Below are positions 11,632 through 24,427 of a stretch of 64,000 nt of DNA, piece by piece (position 1 is the first letter of the stretch; each line of letters starts with the position of its first letter). Source of the stretch: Nitrospirales bacterium (GTDB lineage Bacteria; Nitrospirota; Nitrospiria; Nitrospirales; UBA8639). The position numbers and the translations under genes were made by a program. The stretch lies in assembly GCA_965203295.1 (NCBI GenBank), contig CBDBCZ010000018.1, positions 128,001 to 192,000 of the forward strand, in the 5' to 3' direction. Below the pieces are notes generated by a model, which did not search any database, was not told the origin of the DNA, and saw only the letters and a list, made by a program, of their open reading frames with translations.

Positions 11632-13318
11632 TTAGTCAAATGCTCCAGCCTCATAAGTTGTACCCTCCCTGTGCTTTCTCTTGTCTTCAAAACCTTTATT
11701 GATGTTCCTTAACTGCTTCTGCGCTTTTCCCCTACCACGGAATGCTTGAGTCTAGCGTGATACAGATGCTTATAGTCTCTGTTACGCAAACCTTTCATGG
11801 CGTACCGTCCACGCTCGAGCCCCATTATTTGCGAGATGTTGGCCAGTGGTTCAGCGCCCTCATTGAAGTTAATGACAGCCAGGCAAACTGCAGTCTCAAC
11901 AATTTTGGGAGTACCACTCTGACTTTTTGGGCACCGATCCCATATTGTTGCATGTAACGATTCATTGCGATTTTGGGTACTTCCTTTTAGGCAACGACGA
12001 AAAAGAGACTCTTCACTCAAGCGATCGAATACTGGTTGAATAACTTTCCCAACAGCTTTCTTTAGGTATGGTGGTGCGATGTGCAGGTGGGGTCTGTCAA
12101 AGAGCATTGGCACGCTGAAACTTACACCACGATGACTCACCCTCAGGGCAATAGTCATGGTCAGGAGTTTCATCGGTGGACCAGCTATGATGTAAGATGG
12201 CCTTCGTTGCTTTTACCATACCCTGCAGGTTGCCTCGTATAGCATTTCCATAGTAGCGTTGAAAGTCGTCACAGAGTTGCTCTGTCAGTCTGCCAGCACC
12301 GCCAATGGTAGCTTCCTTTTACCATGATCTTTCTTGACCTTTCTCAATGCTGACCCCATGCGCTTTTGGACATGTCCCACACAGTCGCTTTTTTCGACCT
12401 TGTATTCAGATCCATAAGGATTGGCTTCACTGACACCTTTGAATGACTTGCTGTCTCTATCTCCGATAAAGGAGAGGTAACGAAGATTGTACTCAAGTGA
12501 TCGTTGCCAAAGAGCAACAGTACCATGAGCTTCCATTGATGGTGAACTCCCAGTGTAGTTAGCCCCACAATGATGCTGATGCTTCTCCCAGAATTGTTGA
12601 AATTTGCTACTTGCGGGATCATCAAATGCATGCAGTCGACAAGATGTGCAAGTCTTGCTAAGGAATTCATAGTCCAATACTTGTCCTGTGAGTTCTGATA
12701 TCACAAACACGACACCAAAAAGGGAAGCAAATCTCTTCGCTGCCAAGTGGCATCACAGGAGACACTAGTATTAATAATTTCCTCAGCCTGACCCAGATCC
12801 TTCTCGAGACGTTTTACCAACATCTAAGCTTTATGCATGCACTCAGAGTATCTCTTCTTCGCAGATTCGTATAGACTTGTCACATGACTTCGAAATGAAA
12901 TAGCAGCAACAGGGGGTGGCATATCCATCATGTAGCAGAATTTTTTGAGACGAGCTCTCCCACACCCAATTTCTCTGGCTGCGAACACTGATCTGCGATT
13001 CACATCCATGAAGGAACCTACCTGCTGTGAAGTGGTAAAGCTAACTCCGTGACTACACACACGGCACACAATATCAAGCCATGAAGAGAGTCCCTTTCGG
13101 CGATCATGATTTTCTTGCAAAGTTAGCACATCACAACAGCACTTAGGACACTTCAGTGTTGCACACACTTCAGCTAGCTGTGTCATGCTGACAAAACGGT
13201 ACCCATAAATTGCTAGGCTACGATCCGATGGTGTACTTTCTGGTGTACTTTCTGCTGACTGATCTGCACTTACGTTCTCAGGATCAGTTTTTTGTATGAG
13301 GCCGAAATTGCACCACAT
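11632..13318 (-). pseudogene. Kolobok/Mutator-like DDE transposase, disrupted
   Basis: CPKC..CRVC, DVNRRSV, VSCDATWQRR-FASLFG, VLDYEFLSKTC, NYTGSSPSME, FIGDRDSK (DGDSK variant), CVGHVQKRMG, TQNRNESLHATIW, and C-terminal YEAGAFD*. Several stops and frameshifts. Confidence 0.88.
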
Positions 13319-14234
13319 TGGAATATTTAATATTCTAACTCCATTTCACTTTCATCACTGGAGGTTTCAGAAGACAACTCACTTGAGGACTTGCTGTCAA
13401 AGAGCTCTTGTGAGGATTGAGCTTCCTCCTCCAATGAATCAGGGATTGATATTGGTATTGGTATAAGAGGCCCTTCATTTCCTTCCATCACCGAAAAGAA
13501 TCAATCAAAGTTGGTTACATATTTGCACAGGCACACACATTAGGTTATAACGTAGAAAATAGAGTAGAAGGCCATCAAATGTCCTACTCTACTATCCACG
13601 ACGGTAGCCCCGTATTCCATATATTGCCCACCATGATCATAAAATGTCCTGTTCATCAAGCCATTACCTGTGCAATGCTGTATACTGTACACACCACTCA
13701 CGATTATAAAAGGCCTAGGCTGTTTGTGTATTAACGAGTTCAAAGGACAACGAGCAAGATGTGTCCAACATCCAGTGATGCCCAATAGCTTCGTGTTCAA
13801 TGTAAAATTTATTGTTGTACATCGTACACACCGCCCATAATCATAAATGGCCTGTACATCAAGCCATGAAATTGGCTGACACAATTGCTGTTTAAGAAAT
13901 ATACTTTATTGTGGTTCCGTGAAACTACTTACAATACTGAATTATACTGCTTTACCTACGTATACATGCAGCATACATGTACATGTATGGAATGCCCTCG
14001 GGTACATGGATACGTACTGTGGTCTGGTAGTGTGTGACGTAATCAGTCAGCTAGTAGTACCACTATGTAGCCCAGAAACTTACTGGAGCCTTTCTTCTTG
14101 CAAAGTTGGGTCAAGGTGTGCTGGTTTCCATGAAAGCGCTGCTTCTTCTTTCTACTATACCTTCTAGGCATGTATTCAAGATACAGCTAGTGCACCAAAA
14201 AAAAACAACTAGCAGTGCTAGCATAGATCACATG

Positions 14235-14710
14235 TAGGCTTGAGTCGATTATGCTTAGCATAAAACGGGAATAATTGCAACAAGGAAGCATTTGAGCATT
14301 ATGCCAGCATAATAGCAACCAAATATATTGTGCGCATGCGCAAACGGTCAGATTGCCATTGCGCAATACTCAGCAGCCTCATGTCATGGCAGAGTCAGAG
14401 CTGTTATCATTGCCGCCTTTTCCGAGTGAAGTGAATGACACTATCGGGCCTGATGTTGGTACTTCAGTCTTTCGGAGATCAACGGCTACTATACCCTTGA
14501 AGACTATATACAAGCCTCTATACAGTTTCAATACAACCATCGTTGATATTTTCCCCATTTTTTGTGTCCATGTGTATTGTGAACCGTTTTTCTACCGTTT
14601 TAAAGCATTTTTTGAGCACTATAGCAAGTAAAGGGAATAATAGCAATGCTATGAAAGAATTCTGGAATAGAATAGTAGCAAAAGATTTGAGCATAATCGA
14701 CTCAAGCCTA
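14235..14710. mobile_element. hAT-type MITE
   Basis: Perfect 21 bp TIR TAGGCTTGAGTCGATTATGCT / AGCATAATCGACTCAAGCCTA and 8 bp TSD ATCACATG (14227-34, 14711-18). Confidence 0.92.
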
Positions 14711-15998
14711 ATCACATGTGGCAAAAGTAGCATGACATCATAGTTCACTTAAAGGTTACATAATATAGTTGCTCAAGCGGAAAATATGAATTTGTGACAA
14801 GCCAATAACTTCAACACTTGTAAATAGAAAATACACAGCAGAACATTTACGTGCTCTACGTTTTTTATTTTTTTTAGTATTAAGATATTATGTACAGCAT
14901 GTAAAATGCCTTTAGGTGGCTTAAGACTACTTTTTTGATGAAGTATACTTGCAACTGTCTTCTCATGCAAAAATCTCAAATTTGATATTTGGACCAAATT
15001 TTGAAGTATCTACCACCTTAATAGGAGGACGATGGATCCAGCCATGGAAATGGACGAAGTACTCCTCAGCCTGGCCCACCCCACCACCGAGCAGGAGGAT
15101 CCCCTCCCACCCACGGAACACCGAACACACCCAGCCCCTCCCAACACAGACGGGAATGAGCCTGGTACATCCACGTCGAGAGTAACTACTCCCAATATCC
15201 ATTATTCCATCCTACTCTCCGAGGGAGCAGAATCCCCAGAGCCTGCAACTACAAACAAGGCATCTGATGACCTCCAAAAGGCCAAACAGATCATTGCTGA
15301 GGGCACAAGCTGCCTCAAGCAGTCACTAATCATAATGACCAAGGCAGACCACCATCGTGGCAATATGAAGACTGCTGCCACAACAGGGGCGTGCCCAAAA
15401 GGCATGCAGGCTAATGTCCCCCTGATGGCTTATGCATCCGACACGGCCCTAAAAAAGGAGTGGGATAACACCCTATCCGAGTGTTCCCAGAAACTTTTTG
15501 CCCTCCTCATTAATCACTATGAGGGAATGGTAAGAGCGGAGATTAGAACCCAGAAGAGGACATCCAGGCCCAAATTCAGCTGGCAATAAACAATGCCAAC
15601 CTCCCCCCCACCGACATGGAATACCTGTGGAGGGAAGAAATAGATGCGGCGGTGAAAGAAGCCAACCAATTCACTACAAACAAACAAGGTCCCAAACAGG
15701 ACACTCGAAAACGGCAACGAAGCCCCCACTGAACTCCGAAGCCGCAACATTGAGTGAGAAACTTGAAAAACTGAAATCTACCGTTAATGCCCTCCAGAAT
15801 CCTAACAAGGATTTTCGCTGCCCCGTGTTCCCCAGGGGAAGAGATATGCGGGCACGGACAACCACGATGTGAAGAGCCCGGAGACCCTTCCCCAAGGAGA
15901 GGGCGCTCTCAAGGCTACGGCTACACCACGCCTTACGGCAGAAGAAAGCAAAACTAAACAAGAGACACAAAGTCAAACATCAGTAGTCCTAGTATCTA

Positions 15999-16590
15999 CC
16001 GTATAGCCGGAAAATGTGGCGAGAATTTAATTTGGCGAAATCGCCAAAAACGCCTAAAATTAAATATTGGCGAAATTTAAATTTGGCAATTGTGTACAGC
16101 AAAGGCTATGATGTAATCTTCAATTAATTTATATTGGTGTATGACGTAATCACAGGTGCACAACGTGCAATGCTGCTGAATATGTAAAGTTTTTTGTCAC
16201 TGAGCTCAACAATGGAGACGTTGGATTTTACTATCCAGAAGCTTCGAGAAGTGTATAGCGGGCTTTGTTGCTCCGTTGTCAGCGGCACACTTTCCAATAA
16301 GTTTTTTCTTGCATGTAAGTATTATACTTACCTCGAGTGCGAGGTGACCGTGTGACAGGCTTCGAGTCTCCAGATGGAGAGCACTTTACAGCTTTGTTCG
16401 CGAGTTCGATATCCTTGCTGGACAGAGAGGAAACACGTACGCGGCGTGGGAACAACCTCTTTCTTGCTTGTGGGTGTTACGTATTACATAATGCGTGAAA
16501 AATTAATTTGGCGAGAATTTAATTTGGCAATTTTTTACGATTCGCCAAACCGCCAAATTAAAGTCCTCACCAAATTTTCCGGCTATACGG
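15999..16590. mobile_element. Tc1/mariner-pogo-type MITE
   Basis: TIR CCGTATAGCCGGAAAAT / ATTTTCCGGCTATACGG with TA on both sides. Empty site TATCTATGAC in the paralogous PLE copy at ~11128. Confidence 0.93.
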
Positions 16591-16723
16591 TATGATAATA
16601 TAGTCAACTTATCATCTGCCACTCTATCTCAAGGCTACGGCTACACCACGCCTTACGGCGGAAGAAAGCAAAACTAAACAAGAGACTCACGAAGTCGAAC
16701 ATCAGTAGTCCTAGTATCTATGA

Positions 16724-18420
16724 CAATATAGCCAACTTATCATCTGCCACTCTATCAAACATTGAACAGCAATTGCTATGTAAAGGCTTATCATTTATTC
16801 CTAAACCAAAACATATCCGATTGTATGACTTATACCGCGACAAATAAGTTCGTGTCCAGCATGATATATCGGAATGAACACTAAGGTCAAACTAACAAAC
16901 CTAAGCCACTTTTCCACAGGCGGGGCGACTATAGAGCCCACCCTACCAGTAGTCTGGACTTGGAAAACTGTATAGAAAAACTCAAGCTTGACCTCGTAGG
17001 CTAGCCTATGAACAGGATAAAACAGACAATCTGACTAGAGCTGAAAGAAGGGCTCTCAAAGACCTAAAGGCCAGAGATGACATAGTTATTAACAAAGCCG
17101 ACAAGGGCTCCACTATTGTCACCCAGGATATAGACAGTTACCTAACCGATGGGCTAAAACATTTAGCCAACCCCTCAGTCTGTTGACACTTACAAAAAGA
17201 CTCCACCACTGAAATCAAGAGGGATATCTGTCTAATGCTCGAGCACCTCCAAAGAGCTGAAATTCTCGACAAAAACATGACGGAATTCTGTATGCCCCCC
17301 AAAAAAACACAGAACTTCCCAACTATAATATTTTCTAAAGAAAATACACAAGAGTCCCATGGGAGTTAGACCAATAGTCTCCAGTGTTAATAGTGTCACT
17401 GAGAACATCTCCCAATTCGTCGACATCTGGCTACAGCCTATAATGAAGTCACTGCTGTCCTTCATTAAGGACACTACCGACTTCATTAACCTTATTGAAT
17501 CTACGCCAATAAGCGGAGAATGCCTACTGGCCACCATTAATGTCTCATCGCTATATACCAATATACCCCATAGCGAAGGCTGAAAAGCGGGGATCACAGC
17601 TCTCAACAAAATTGAAAACCCAGACCCCCGCCAACCTCCCCCTACCGTAATAGGGCTAGTCATAGATGTTGTACTACAGAACAATGTCTTTGAGTTCAAT
17701 GACAACCACTATTTGCAGCTACAAGGCACAGCTATGGAAACCAAAATGGCCCCAGCCTATGCCAACATTTTTATGGGCAACCTAGAAGAGCAACTCCTCT
17801 CCAAAGCGAGTGACAAAATCCTACTATGGAAACGATTCATAGACGACATTTTCGTCATATGGAATGGCTCAGAAGCCGAGTTCAAATCATACATGGAAAC
17901 CATAAACGCTCTCCATTCAACTATCAAGTTTACACATGAATATAGTGCACATGAGATTACCTTCCTGGATGTCACACTGTATAAAGGCTCCAGGTTCCTA
18001 CAGAATGGAATACTGACTGGATGTTAAAACACACATTAAACCGACAAATTAACAACTGTATGTACACCGTACATCCTACTACCCACCTAAAACAGGAAAG
18101 TCCATTACGTCATGTGAAGCTAACAGGTACCTACGCACAAACTCAAATTTAATGAGCAAAACTTCCAGGAGAGCTTAGAACGACTCTCCTCTAAACTCAA
18201 ACAGAGAGGGTATAACCCATCCGAAATCGCAAAGCATGTCTCGCCTGTTAAATTTTCAGACAGACCAGACAAGCTGAGGAGTAACACCCCCATACAAGCG
18301 GATCCTCTACTAGTATTCGCCACAACATATTGTGATCGAATACCCAACATACAGCAGACTCTCAAAGACAATTGGAGAGAACTACAGGGTACACACAGGC
18401 TCGAAAGGATATTTCCTAAC
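16724..18420 (+). pseudogene. PLE reverse transcriptase, disrupted
   Basis: NLSSATLS...LLCKGLSFIP, IVINKADKGSTIV, KIHKSPMGVRPIVSSVNS, FIKDTTDF, NVSSLYTNIPH, QLQGTAMETKMAPAYANIFM, WKRFIDDIF, IKFT...ITFLDV. Multiple stops and frameshifts. Confidence 0.92.
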
Positions 18421-18481
18421 CCTGACCCTAACCCTAACCCTAACCCTAACCCTAACCTTAACCCCAACCCTAAATCCTAAA
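18415..18481 (+). repeat. Interstitial telomere-like (CCCTAA)n tract
   Basis: Five perfect CCCTAA units from 18426 within about 11 degenerate hexamers. A further AACCCC run lies at 18561-18580. Confidence 0.9.
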
Positions 18482-18623
18482 ATTTTGGCTCAGGAATGTA
18501 TTTCGTAATCTGTTAAGCAACACCTATGAATATTTTACCAATTTGAAAAAGGACACATTTAACCCCAACCCCAACCCCAAACCTCAAACTGTTGGTGCAG
18601 GTATCTCTTGCTTAGCCTATTAA

Positions 18624-19252
18624 CTCATGCCATAATTATGTCACGCACATGATGCTCCACACTATAATTTCTACAACAATGGCGTACTAAAAGTTTTAGC
18701 TCAGTGTCTGGCTGTTTTTTGCTTACCAAGTCAGGTATCCAGCGAATTCTGCGTTGCACTTATTAGAAGACTATCGGCTACAGCCATTGAAGGCAAAAAG
18801 GCGGCGGATTGGATCCAAGAAGGGCTTCAGGAGCGATAACCGGATACACGGTAAGTTCAATACGAAACTGTTGTCTTTACGCTCAGGCGGCAAAGAACGA
18901 TGGTCCTACTGAAGCCCCCGACTCTCCCCTGAACCAGTTACCATCGTATCTGCCAGTGAAGTGGACTACAGAGCCCAACTAACTGTGCAGCAATGTAGGT
19001 AGCCATAGCTAGCCGTCTTGATCAGTTGCATATTTTGCCATATGTATCCGTTCTATTACAGATTAGATCGACTTTCGGCACACTTACATCATTATTAGTA
19101 ATCACTCTATTCAATTTTATGGCTAATAAAGGAAGGGGTTTCCCCTCCTGGCTGTAGAGTTAACTTGACGTCTCTAAAGCCGCTATAGTGGCGTGTGGCG
19201 TAGCGGAAGGATTACGTAATATCCACTTAAGTGGCGTACGGCGTGCAATGAG
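18624..19252. mobile_element. piggyBac-type TTAA MITE, family A, copy 1
   Basis: TTAA on both sides. Right TIR GGCGTGCAATGAG; left TIR partly deleted. Colinear with 56261-56897. Confidence 0.88.
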
Positions 19253-19499
19253 TTAAGTGGGTGCACCCAAAACTCACTGAGAAAATGCAGAATGCCTTGC
19301 TCAAACGAGCTGAGGCCAAAGGGCTCTAGTCAAACAACCATCACGTCCTTCCTCACCACGCATGAAGAACAGGGTGGGGAGGATCAAGCCGAAGAGATTA
19401 GCAGTGAGCTGCACGAGGGTTCTGGTCATCAGCAAGCAGCCAGCCATGGTTTTTCTAGCGAACACCCTTTTCTAGTAGACCACCGAAGCTACCTCCGGA

Positions 19500-20338
19500 G
19501 CAGGCAGGAGACATAGGGGAATTTGTGACATGCACAAAACTGTCCAAGTTGTTCTCCAAGCTATTGGATGATGCCGAGCATGGTAGGCCAATTCCCCCCC
19601 TGAATCTGCACACCATCGTCATCTGGTTGGCTGGCTGCCAGCTGCATACTAATAGCCATCGACCAAGGGCCATAGCAAACATGACCGTCGAAACGTTCGA
19701 GCGTGCAAGCACCATAACCGAAGGACGCACTTCGTACATCATGGTTCGTGTAGTAAAGCACAAAACCCAAACCACCGGCAGTGCCAAAGTCACGATCAGT
19801 GCTGTGCTAGCTCGCCGCCTTCATGCCTATGTGAAGTACCTTCGCCCTTTGCTACCCGAGTCACTACTCATGTTTCCAAACAGGTTGGGCTACCCACTGG
19901 ACTCGACAGGTGATGCAGCTCGGAAATTGACATAATCTGAGCCTGCCAACTGCAACTGAGGGTAGGCATGCTGCTGGAACTGCAGCTGCCAAGAGTTGTA
20001 ATCAGGAGGAGAGGGCTGCCATTGCATTGCAAATGTCACACTCACCACAGATACAGGAACAGTACTACGTGCACACAAAATCCCACACGGAGGCCCTGAA
20101 AGGGTACCGACTCTTGGAGGGTCTGCGTCACGGTTCAAGTGCTGGTGGGAAGCGGGTCACTTTCACAGAAGAAGTTGAGACCATATTCCTTTACTTTCAA
20201 GGCCATATTGAAGCGGGTGATGTCCCCTCTGCAAGCGAGTGTAAAGAGTTTCTAGATAACCACCCAATGGAACGTAGCCATAAGCAGGTCCGTGATAAAA
20301 TTCGTAACCTCTTGAAGGTGCGCAAACCAAAGCAGTGA
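19500..20338 (+). pseudogene. Tyrosine recombinase pseudogene (YR-3)
   Basis: NSHRPRAIANMT (Arg-I), VVKHKTQTTGSA (Lys), LPTATEGRHAAGT (Arg-II), QMSHSPQIQEQYY (His/Tyr), then the helical tail ending HKQVRDKIRNLL. One deletion/frameshift near 19900-19935. Confidence 0.85.
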
Positions 20339-20778
20339 ACTCTCAACTCTGAACACCCTTTGTAGCCGTATCATGTGTTGTGTTAACGTGTGGAAATCTT
20401 AATCACTTCTGCTATATTGTGATGTGTGCATGTATGTATGCATGCGTGTATGGAGATGGTTGGATAGGGCCACTACATTAAGATTGCTGAAATAAGTTGG
20501 CTTGGTATCCTTCATTCTATACTTAATCATTCCATTCAATGGCAATACACTGGTACTTTGCGCCACAAGTATTTTTATCAGAAACACTCCTAAAAAAAAG
20601 GTTAGATCAGAGTGGTCTATTCCAACTCCAAAAGACATTGCTTGGATTGACTTCTGTCCGTGGTTACTCCGCAGTCCTTGTTCACAAAGCCCAGCAGTAG
20701 AGGCTGCATGAGTTTCAAGCATAAAAACTTCTTTAACAGCGAGAATGTTTTACATACATTACAAAAAAAGGAATTCAA

Positions 20779-21157
20779 TAGGGACACTTGTTTCAAAAAT
20801 ATGGACAGGTAAACAGATGTCATATTTAATTGAGAAAAGGGACTCTCCAGATGGAAGAGAGAGGACACTGACAAATAAAATTGCATGAGAAAAGACACAA
20901 GACTGAATAAAAAGGACACTCGGAATTCTAAAAAAGTCACATCTTAAGTACGTCTTCAGAAAAGAAACTGCAGATGTGAGGGGACACTTATAGCCAAAAA
21001 AAGGATAGGAGTTTTGAAAAAAGGACTCTCAGAATTTCCAAAAAAAGGACGGGAACCCGGACGCTTTTTTGACATAGCCAAAAGGACACTGCAAAATGGA
21101 CATTTTTTTCCTAAAAGGACACCAAAAAAGGACATAACCAATAACCCTAACCCTAAC
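20779..21157 (+). repeat. Cluster of ~10 dispersed (A/G)GGAC motifs, mostly AAAAGGACA, ending in TAACCCTAACCCTAAC
   Basis: Motifs near 20780, 20838, 20862, 20910, 20980, 21018, 21043, 21080, 21113 and 21127, all on one strand; telomere-like tract at 21142-21157. Confidence 0.6.
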
Positions 21158-21173
21158 ATACGAACGAATTCAG

Positions 21174-21395
21174 TTGGAAGGCAAGCAACAGCAGAGAGAA
21201 GAGAGTCCGTCCACGCCAAAGCGTCGTCGACAGTGGGCCGGTGAGGAGATCAAGGTCATGAAGCAGTACTTCAAAGAAGGAAAAACGATTTCCCTTCATC
21301 AAGCCAGCCAGTTTCTGGAAACACACAGATTCCACACTGCACGCCAAAACATACAGGATAAAATAAAAACATTCGTTCGGCAAGGTCGTTCTTGA
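21174..21395 (+). pseudogene. Isolated C-terminal tail of the YR family, or a small stand-alone ORF
   Basis: RRQWAGEEIKVMKQYFKEGKTISLHQASQFLETHRFHTARQNIQDKIKTFV matches the Y/W-x-x-E-E...YF...FL..H......QDK(I/V) pattern of the other tails. Confidence 0.6.
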
Positions 21396-22856
21396 GTTTC
21401 GGGACTGCGGAAACAAAGGTTACCTTAAGTGGCTGTTGTATGACTGTTGCGTTGGTTCAGGCTAAGTGGTTTACTTTAAAGCAGTAGTCTTACTAAACTT
21501 GGTAATTACGAAACTTGCACTTAGTCATCTATATCTGTTTGAAAAATTACTGTTGTGTATCCCACTCAGGGCCGTTAAGGCAAGCTCACGTATGATTGCG
21601 CACGCCCTTAGTTGAGATAACGCACACCGCTGGTTGCAATAGTTCTACTGTAAATTATAACTGTATACATGTACCACCAGTTATGATAACACAGACAAAT
21701 TTTAGTCACAACACGCTTTATAGTTGCTGCAGTTGGTGTGGGTGCTAAACGAGTCACGCGATCATTACCGGATACTCCGCCCAGTTTAGTCGCATGGAGG
21801 CAAGCAATGGCCGGCTGAAATGACCGACCTGAGGTTTTCAGCTTATGCGGAAGGTCAAGCCTCTTTAGTTAGAGGCAGAAATGGTCCCCTTCGAATCGTC
21901 TGGAGCTACCTTTTCAAATCGGGTGGAAGTTGGGTACCACAGGTAAGGTCAGTGACTGACTGATACAGAAGTACCGTAAATGACGTTAAAATGCTGTTTA
22001 GCACGCTACTTTGGAGTCTATACATCATACTTTACTAGCAGTGCATAGTTTCCAGCCGTATTCGTTTGAAGCAGACAGAGCATTCCAGCAATGCCAAAAC
22101 ATATAGATTTGGTAGGCTTTAACCTTCCGCATTCGACAAAGTTTGCGTTTTGATAGTTTACGTGTTTACGCGAAGGGGCGGGGCGTTACCATGGAAACAA
22201 ATATATAAACATAAACCACAAAGGTAGTGCTACATAAGCATATATAGTATGGCCAACACAGACACTCCTGTAGTGAGACAATAGTTCAAAAGTAACTTAA
22301 ACATTGATTTTTCACAAGCACAGTATCTGAGCTTGCCGTAACAGCCTTGAGCACTGAATAAGTTACTTGTGTATCCCACTGAATTAGTTCCGTATCCGAC
22401 TGATTGTATCCTGATTTAAGTTGAAATTGTGCACTCTATAGCTATTTGTATACTGACATGAAAGTGGCTGATATTCTCTTGCCTGTTGAATGTATCTTGT
22501 GTTTTCTGCTTCTTAACTGCTAATTATGATCTATTTCAATGAGTGAAAACGTGTTTACTAACTTCAAACTTGCTGATTGTACCACGATTTAAAATTCTTG
22601 TATGGTGTGGTAATGCAACTACGGTGAAGGTAGAATTGGTTTAAAATGCAAGCACAGGGACAGTAAACACTATTGAGGCTTCCAAAGAACACAAAACACG
22701 CTGCAATTGGCATCTGGCTAAACCCCCAAAGGACACCAAAATGTACATTCTGCATCTTCATTGCAGCTTACTGAGCTGGCCTGACAGGCTGCAGGCACCA
22801 CTATGCTCAAGCAAGGCAACGTAGTAGCCACAGGGACACTTAAAAATTCTCGTTTC

Positions 22857-23230
22857 TGCATGGTTTCCTTCCCAACCCCATTCATTTTTGTCAAACGCCA
22901 CCACCTAACCCTAGACCAGGACAAGTTGTTAGGTGGCACACGTGGTGGTGCTAATCGTTTCTGTGCACATTTGTCCAATAAGAGTTTGTGCATGGTTCCC
23001 ATCCCTATCCCCATACAATTTCACAAGTGCCACCACCTAACACTAATCCAGGGCTTGTGGTGGCTTTAACCCAGTTACTGCATAATCCCCAAAAATTGAC
23101 CATTCCGCATGGTTTCCATCCCCAACCCCATTCATTTTGTCAAATGCCACCACCTAACCCTAGTCCCGGGCAAGTGGTTTGGTGACATGCATGTGGCGGC
23201 TTTAGTTACTGCATAATTCCCAAAAATTGT
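22857..23230. repeat. Three diverged ~120-130 bp tandem units with a CCACCACCTAACCCTA core
   Basis: GCATGGTTYCC...CCCA...GCCACCACCTAAC(C/A)CTA recurs at ~22857, ~22989 and ~23106. Confidence 0.8.
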
Positions 23231-23789
23231 AGAGAGACTAATTCGTGGCTATATAAACGCCTTGCACGATCGAGTAGGCTCGCGCAGCCACGCGCGGTAT
23301 CGCAAGTTCCGTAACTTCGTGTAATAACGCGAGTACACGGCTTGCGCGAAGAATTTGCGCTGACAGCGATTCACTCGCGTAAATTCGAACCTATTTTCAC
23401 CCGGTTTATGAGCACATGTAGTGTAATTAAAAACAATGCTTGCAATTACCATTTTTCGATTCTTCTATAGGTGCCTGTCATATGTACTTTAAGTCCTTGC
23501 ACGCAGGCTGTCTGGTGCTTTTGACCAGCACAGAGTAAAACAGAAAAGGACAAGCCGTCTTAATCCGGTCATCACATAGTTTCAAGTTGTTAGTTGTGTA
23601 TCTGTTAAAGCTATAAAGCTGTTTAGCCAGCTATAGCTGCAATAGACTTGGTCATGTGTAATGTTTGTATAATGTTCCATGACAACCTACAATTAATTAA
23701 CTACGGAGGGCATAAGTACATAATATTGTAATTGTGTCATGCCACTGCCCTGCCCTCAAGACTATTAATCTTGCATTTTGTAGAAACTC

Positions 23790-23990
23790 AAAATACAAAA
23801 GATTGAGCCTGATGAAACTGCTCGAGCACAAGACTGGAGTGCCATGCACAAACGATGTGTCAATATGCTGCTGACAACCAAGTACATGTCATCTGAGTCC
23901 TCTGCTGAAGAAAGCGATGATGGTACAGTCGTGACCAAGTCAGTACTCAAAAGAAAAAGTTGATTTGGCTAAAAAAGAAGTATAACTTCA
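23790..23990 (+). pseudogene. Possible remnant of a C14orf93/DUF4616-like accessory ORF
   Basis: Manual translation LLTTKYMSSESSAEESDDG...VLKRK resembles the T-x-E-x-MS(D/S)-acidic motif seen at ~58730. Confidence 0.3.
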
Positions 23991-24427
23991 TCTTTCTAAA
24001 GGTGGAAAGATGGCCAATGTTCTGGGGGGAAAGATGCTTATACTTACACGTTTCCGATGTATCAGATATTCACATTAATATACAAAAATGTAGTATTTAT
24101 CTGTGTTTATGTTTAACACCATTATAAATTCTACATCACAGATCAAGCTTGCCGTCCACATCCGTTTGTACCATCTGCATATCAACCAGAAGGAGCGCCG
24201 TTGGCTGACACGGGTGGTAAAGGTGGTTGGCATGACCAAGGTGAAGACGGAAACCAAAACCTTGGCTCCAGCTGGGATGACGCCTCTACCAAAGCTGTTC
24301 AAGAAATGTATCCAAGAGGAGGAAGAGCCACCAGCTGGGTTGATTATACAACCTTCAGTGGAGCCAGGTAAAGCTGGTATGCGTCACTTTCCTAGCTTCC
24401 CCTTAGATCACGGCGAAATACAGCCAG

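Larger units (their letters stand above)
11152..15017 (-). mobile_element. Kolobok-type (Mutator-like DDE) DNA transposon, one terminus visible
   Basis: Right end reads TTAA|GGTGGTAGATAC on the minus strand. The TTAA at 15018-15021 matches the empty site CCTTAATAGGAGG at ~10142. No matching left terminus found. Confidence 0.65.
15018..18420 (+). mobile_element. Penelope-like element (copy 2): N-terminal domain plus RT, 3'-truncated before the endonuclease
   Basis: Near-duplicate of 10144-11151, then RT. Contains a MITE and a ~128 bp internal tandem duplication (~16627-16755). Ends at IFPN followed by telomere-like repeats. Confidence 0.88.

Noticed and set aside
14753..15017. TTAA-flanked 265 bp segment as a separate MITE or KolobokP long direct repeat
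   Set aside because: The ends (AGGTTAC... versus GGTGGTAG...) are not a convincing TIR and no second copy is in the window.
18415..18481. True chromosome end or telomere fusion
   Set aside because: Only five perfect units, with complex sequence on both sides and no head-to-head TTAGGG tract.
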